From NCBI RefSeq assembly GCF_009914755.1, contig NC_060937.1: a stretch of DNA of 64,000 nucleotides; one strand, written 5' to 3'. The position numbers and the translations under genes are program-made. Positions 60,626 through 64,000 of this stretch are shown here, piece after piece. Source of the stretch: the human T2T-CHM13v2.0 reference genome, Homo sapiens. The stretch's first letter is position 1, and the number at the start of each line of letters is the position of its first letter. A model generated the notes under the pieces. That model searched no databases. It was not told the DNA's origin and saw only the letters and a list, made by a program, of their open reading frames with translations.

Positions 60626-61435
60626 TAAGATACTTTTCTTTATGTATTTTTCTTACACCTCAGCAAACAATTATTGTTCCTTTATCAATCAGAAAATGAC
60701 TTATCTCAGTCCTAGGACAAAGTTTCATCTCTAAAAGAGTCTTAATACAAGACAGTTTTGTTGGTTTCAATTTATAATTAATATATATGAAAAATTAAAA
60801 TGTTTTCAGTGTCTTTAAGTTCGTATCAGAATGTGTTATACATATCTGATTCAAAACAATTCAAAAATAATTGGAATACATCATCTTCTGCTTTGTATTT
60901 GGCCATATTGAATTTTAAGAACAAATGCCCCTTAGAATAATTTGAATGATAAAGAAATGCTTAATAAGTGAAATGATTTCTGTTTGGAATTTCTATTAGG
61001 CAATTCATTTTGTGATATTTATTTCACATAAATTTCTTTTGAGAATTATAAAATTAATTACCAAGGATGAGGAGATAGTTTTAGTTTAATTATATCTTTA
61101 AGATTAAAGCTATTTCAGTAATACACTGTAAGCTTTTTAATTACACTTAATACTACTCTAACATTAGCCATTAGCTCATGCAACACTCTTCCTTCTTTGA
61201 GGCTCAGTCCGCCACTGTTCCATTTTTAACTCCTATTTGTAAATGTCAGATGTTGATTAACAGTCAGTCCCTTACCTTACCTAGTCTAGCTTATATTCTT
61301 CCTTTTCTTTCCATCACTATTCTAGTCCCACAAGTTTTGACCTCCCTAACTCCATTGATCTTTACCCTCTCTGTAGTTCAGTCACCTGACTCATCTGATT
61401 GTGATTATCACTAACACATTTACACCAATAAAATC

Positions 61436-61766
<331 letters not shown>

Positions 61767-62834
61767 TAAGTTACAATGTCCAGCTGTCTGAACATAACCT
61801 CTTACCTTTCCAACTTCCATACTCCCTATTTTCCAGTGCATTTTTCTTTGGTGATATTGAGACCTCCCCTCTTGACCTTCCCCTTATCTTGCAGTCTCAG
61901 CCTCCTTCTGACTTTAATTCTGAGCTTATCCATACTAGATTGCTTAATTGGTCACATCTTTTCCCTTTCTTGCTAACATTCCTGTTTTTTTTTTTCTCTC
62001 TCTCTCTTGCTTTACTACCCCATTTATTCCAAGAGATTTCAGTTCTTAGGTTATTCCAGCCATTGATTCCATTCCTTTACACAGGCTGTGAAATACTGTC
62101 AAAGGTAAATTATGTAACCAGGTGAATTGATGCTACACAAATCTGTGTGATATGAGCACTGCTCATCAGTCTTAAGTATTTCTCTCCCTCCTGTTTCTCT
62201 GATCTCTTCAATTCCCCTATGTATTTTATGCCTCGGTTTCCCAGAATATAGAAGCCTTTTTTAGAAACCTTCCTAACATTTCTCTCTACTTTTCTATAAA
62301 CTTACTTCCACTTGCACCTGCTGTTATCTCCTTCTCAGTGACAGAAACTTATTCAATATACATTCATTATATTACATCTCTTTTGAGCATTTGTTTTCTA
62401 TACCATATATCTTAATTTTTCACATTTTCTCTTTTTTACATGCTAAGCTTTGATTTGTTCTGTAAGTTCTACCTCTACAATAAAAATGTAGGCTTTTTGA
62501 GAAGTGAGAGTATTAGTTCTTATGTCACATAGTTCTTTACATATTCTTTAAATATTCTTTACATGTCAACTTGGCATATAGTTGAATTAAATTAAATTTC
62601 TTTACCATAGAAACTCCTTGCCTTGCTGTATCTCTTAGATTTTTATGGTTTTTAATAATATGATGTTTTGGCAATTGGTTTAAGCATAAACTGTTGTTTT
62701 ATTTTCTTTACATTCATAAATCATGTCTTAAAATATCAAGAAATCCTAGTTCTGACTGGTCCACTTAATGTAATTCCATTCTTCAGCAGCATTAGGTAAT
62801 GTTCTTTAATATTGATTGTGATGATGGTTATTAT

Positions 62835-64000
<1,166 letters not shown>

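Overview
Human-type (Alu/L1-rich) genomic DNA lying entirely inside the ciliary gene IFT88 on the + strand. I traced 17 consecutive GT-AG coding exons (4967 to 60097). They splice in frame into the IFT88 segment from ITAKISST... to ...FERASLIQ (about residues 52-650: N-terminal low-complexity region plus TPR repeats). The start and stop codons lie outside the window. One intron (56538-58593) has U12 minor-spliceosome signals. The introns hold an SLC35E1 processed pseudogene and a U2 snRNA retrocopy, both nested in an old L1. They also hold a minus-strand mRNA 3'UTR retrocopy (tentatively TPM4) inserted into an Alu, a twin-primed L1, a MADE1 MITE, about 40 Alus and many LTR/DNA-transposon relics. 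Almost all ORF-track entries are repeat artefacts. I found no convincing new multi-gene system. The best leads are the U12 intron, three mini-exons each encoding an RP..T motif, the pre-U2-derived retrocopy and the nested retroposition events. Repeat boundaries and subfamilies are by-eye estimates; gene and family names come from memory, not from searches.
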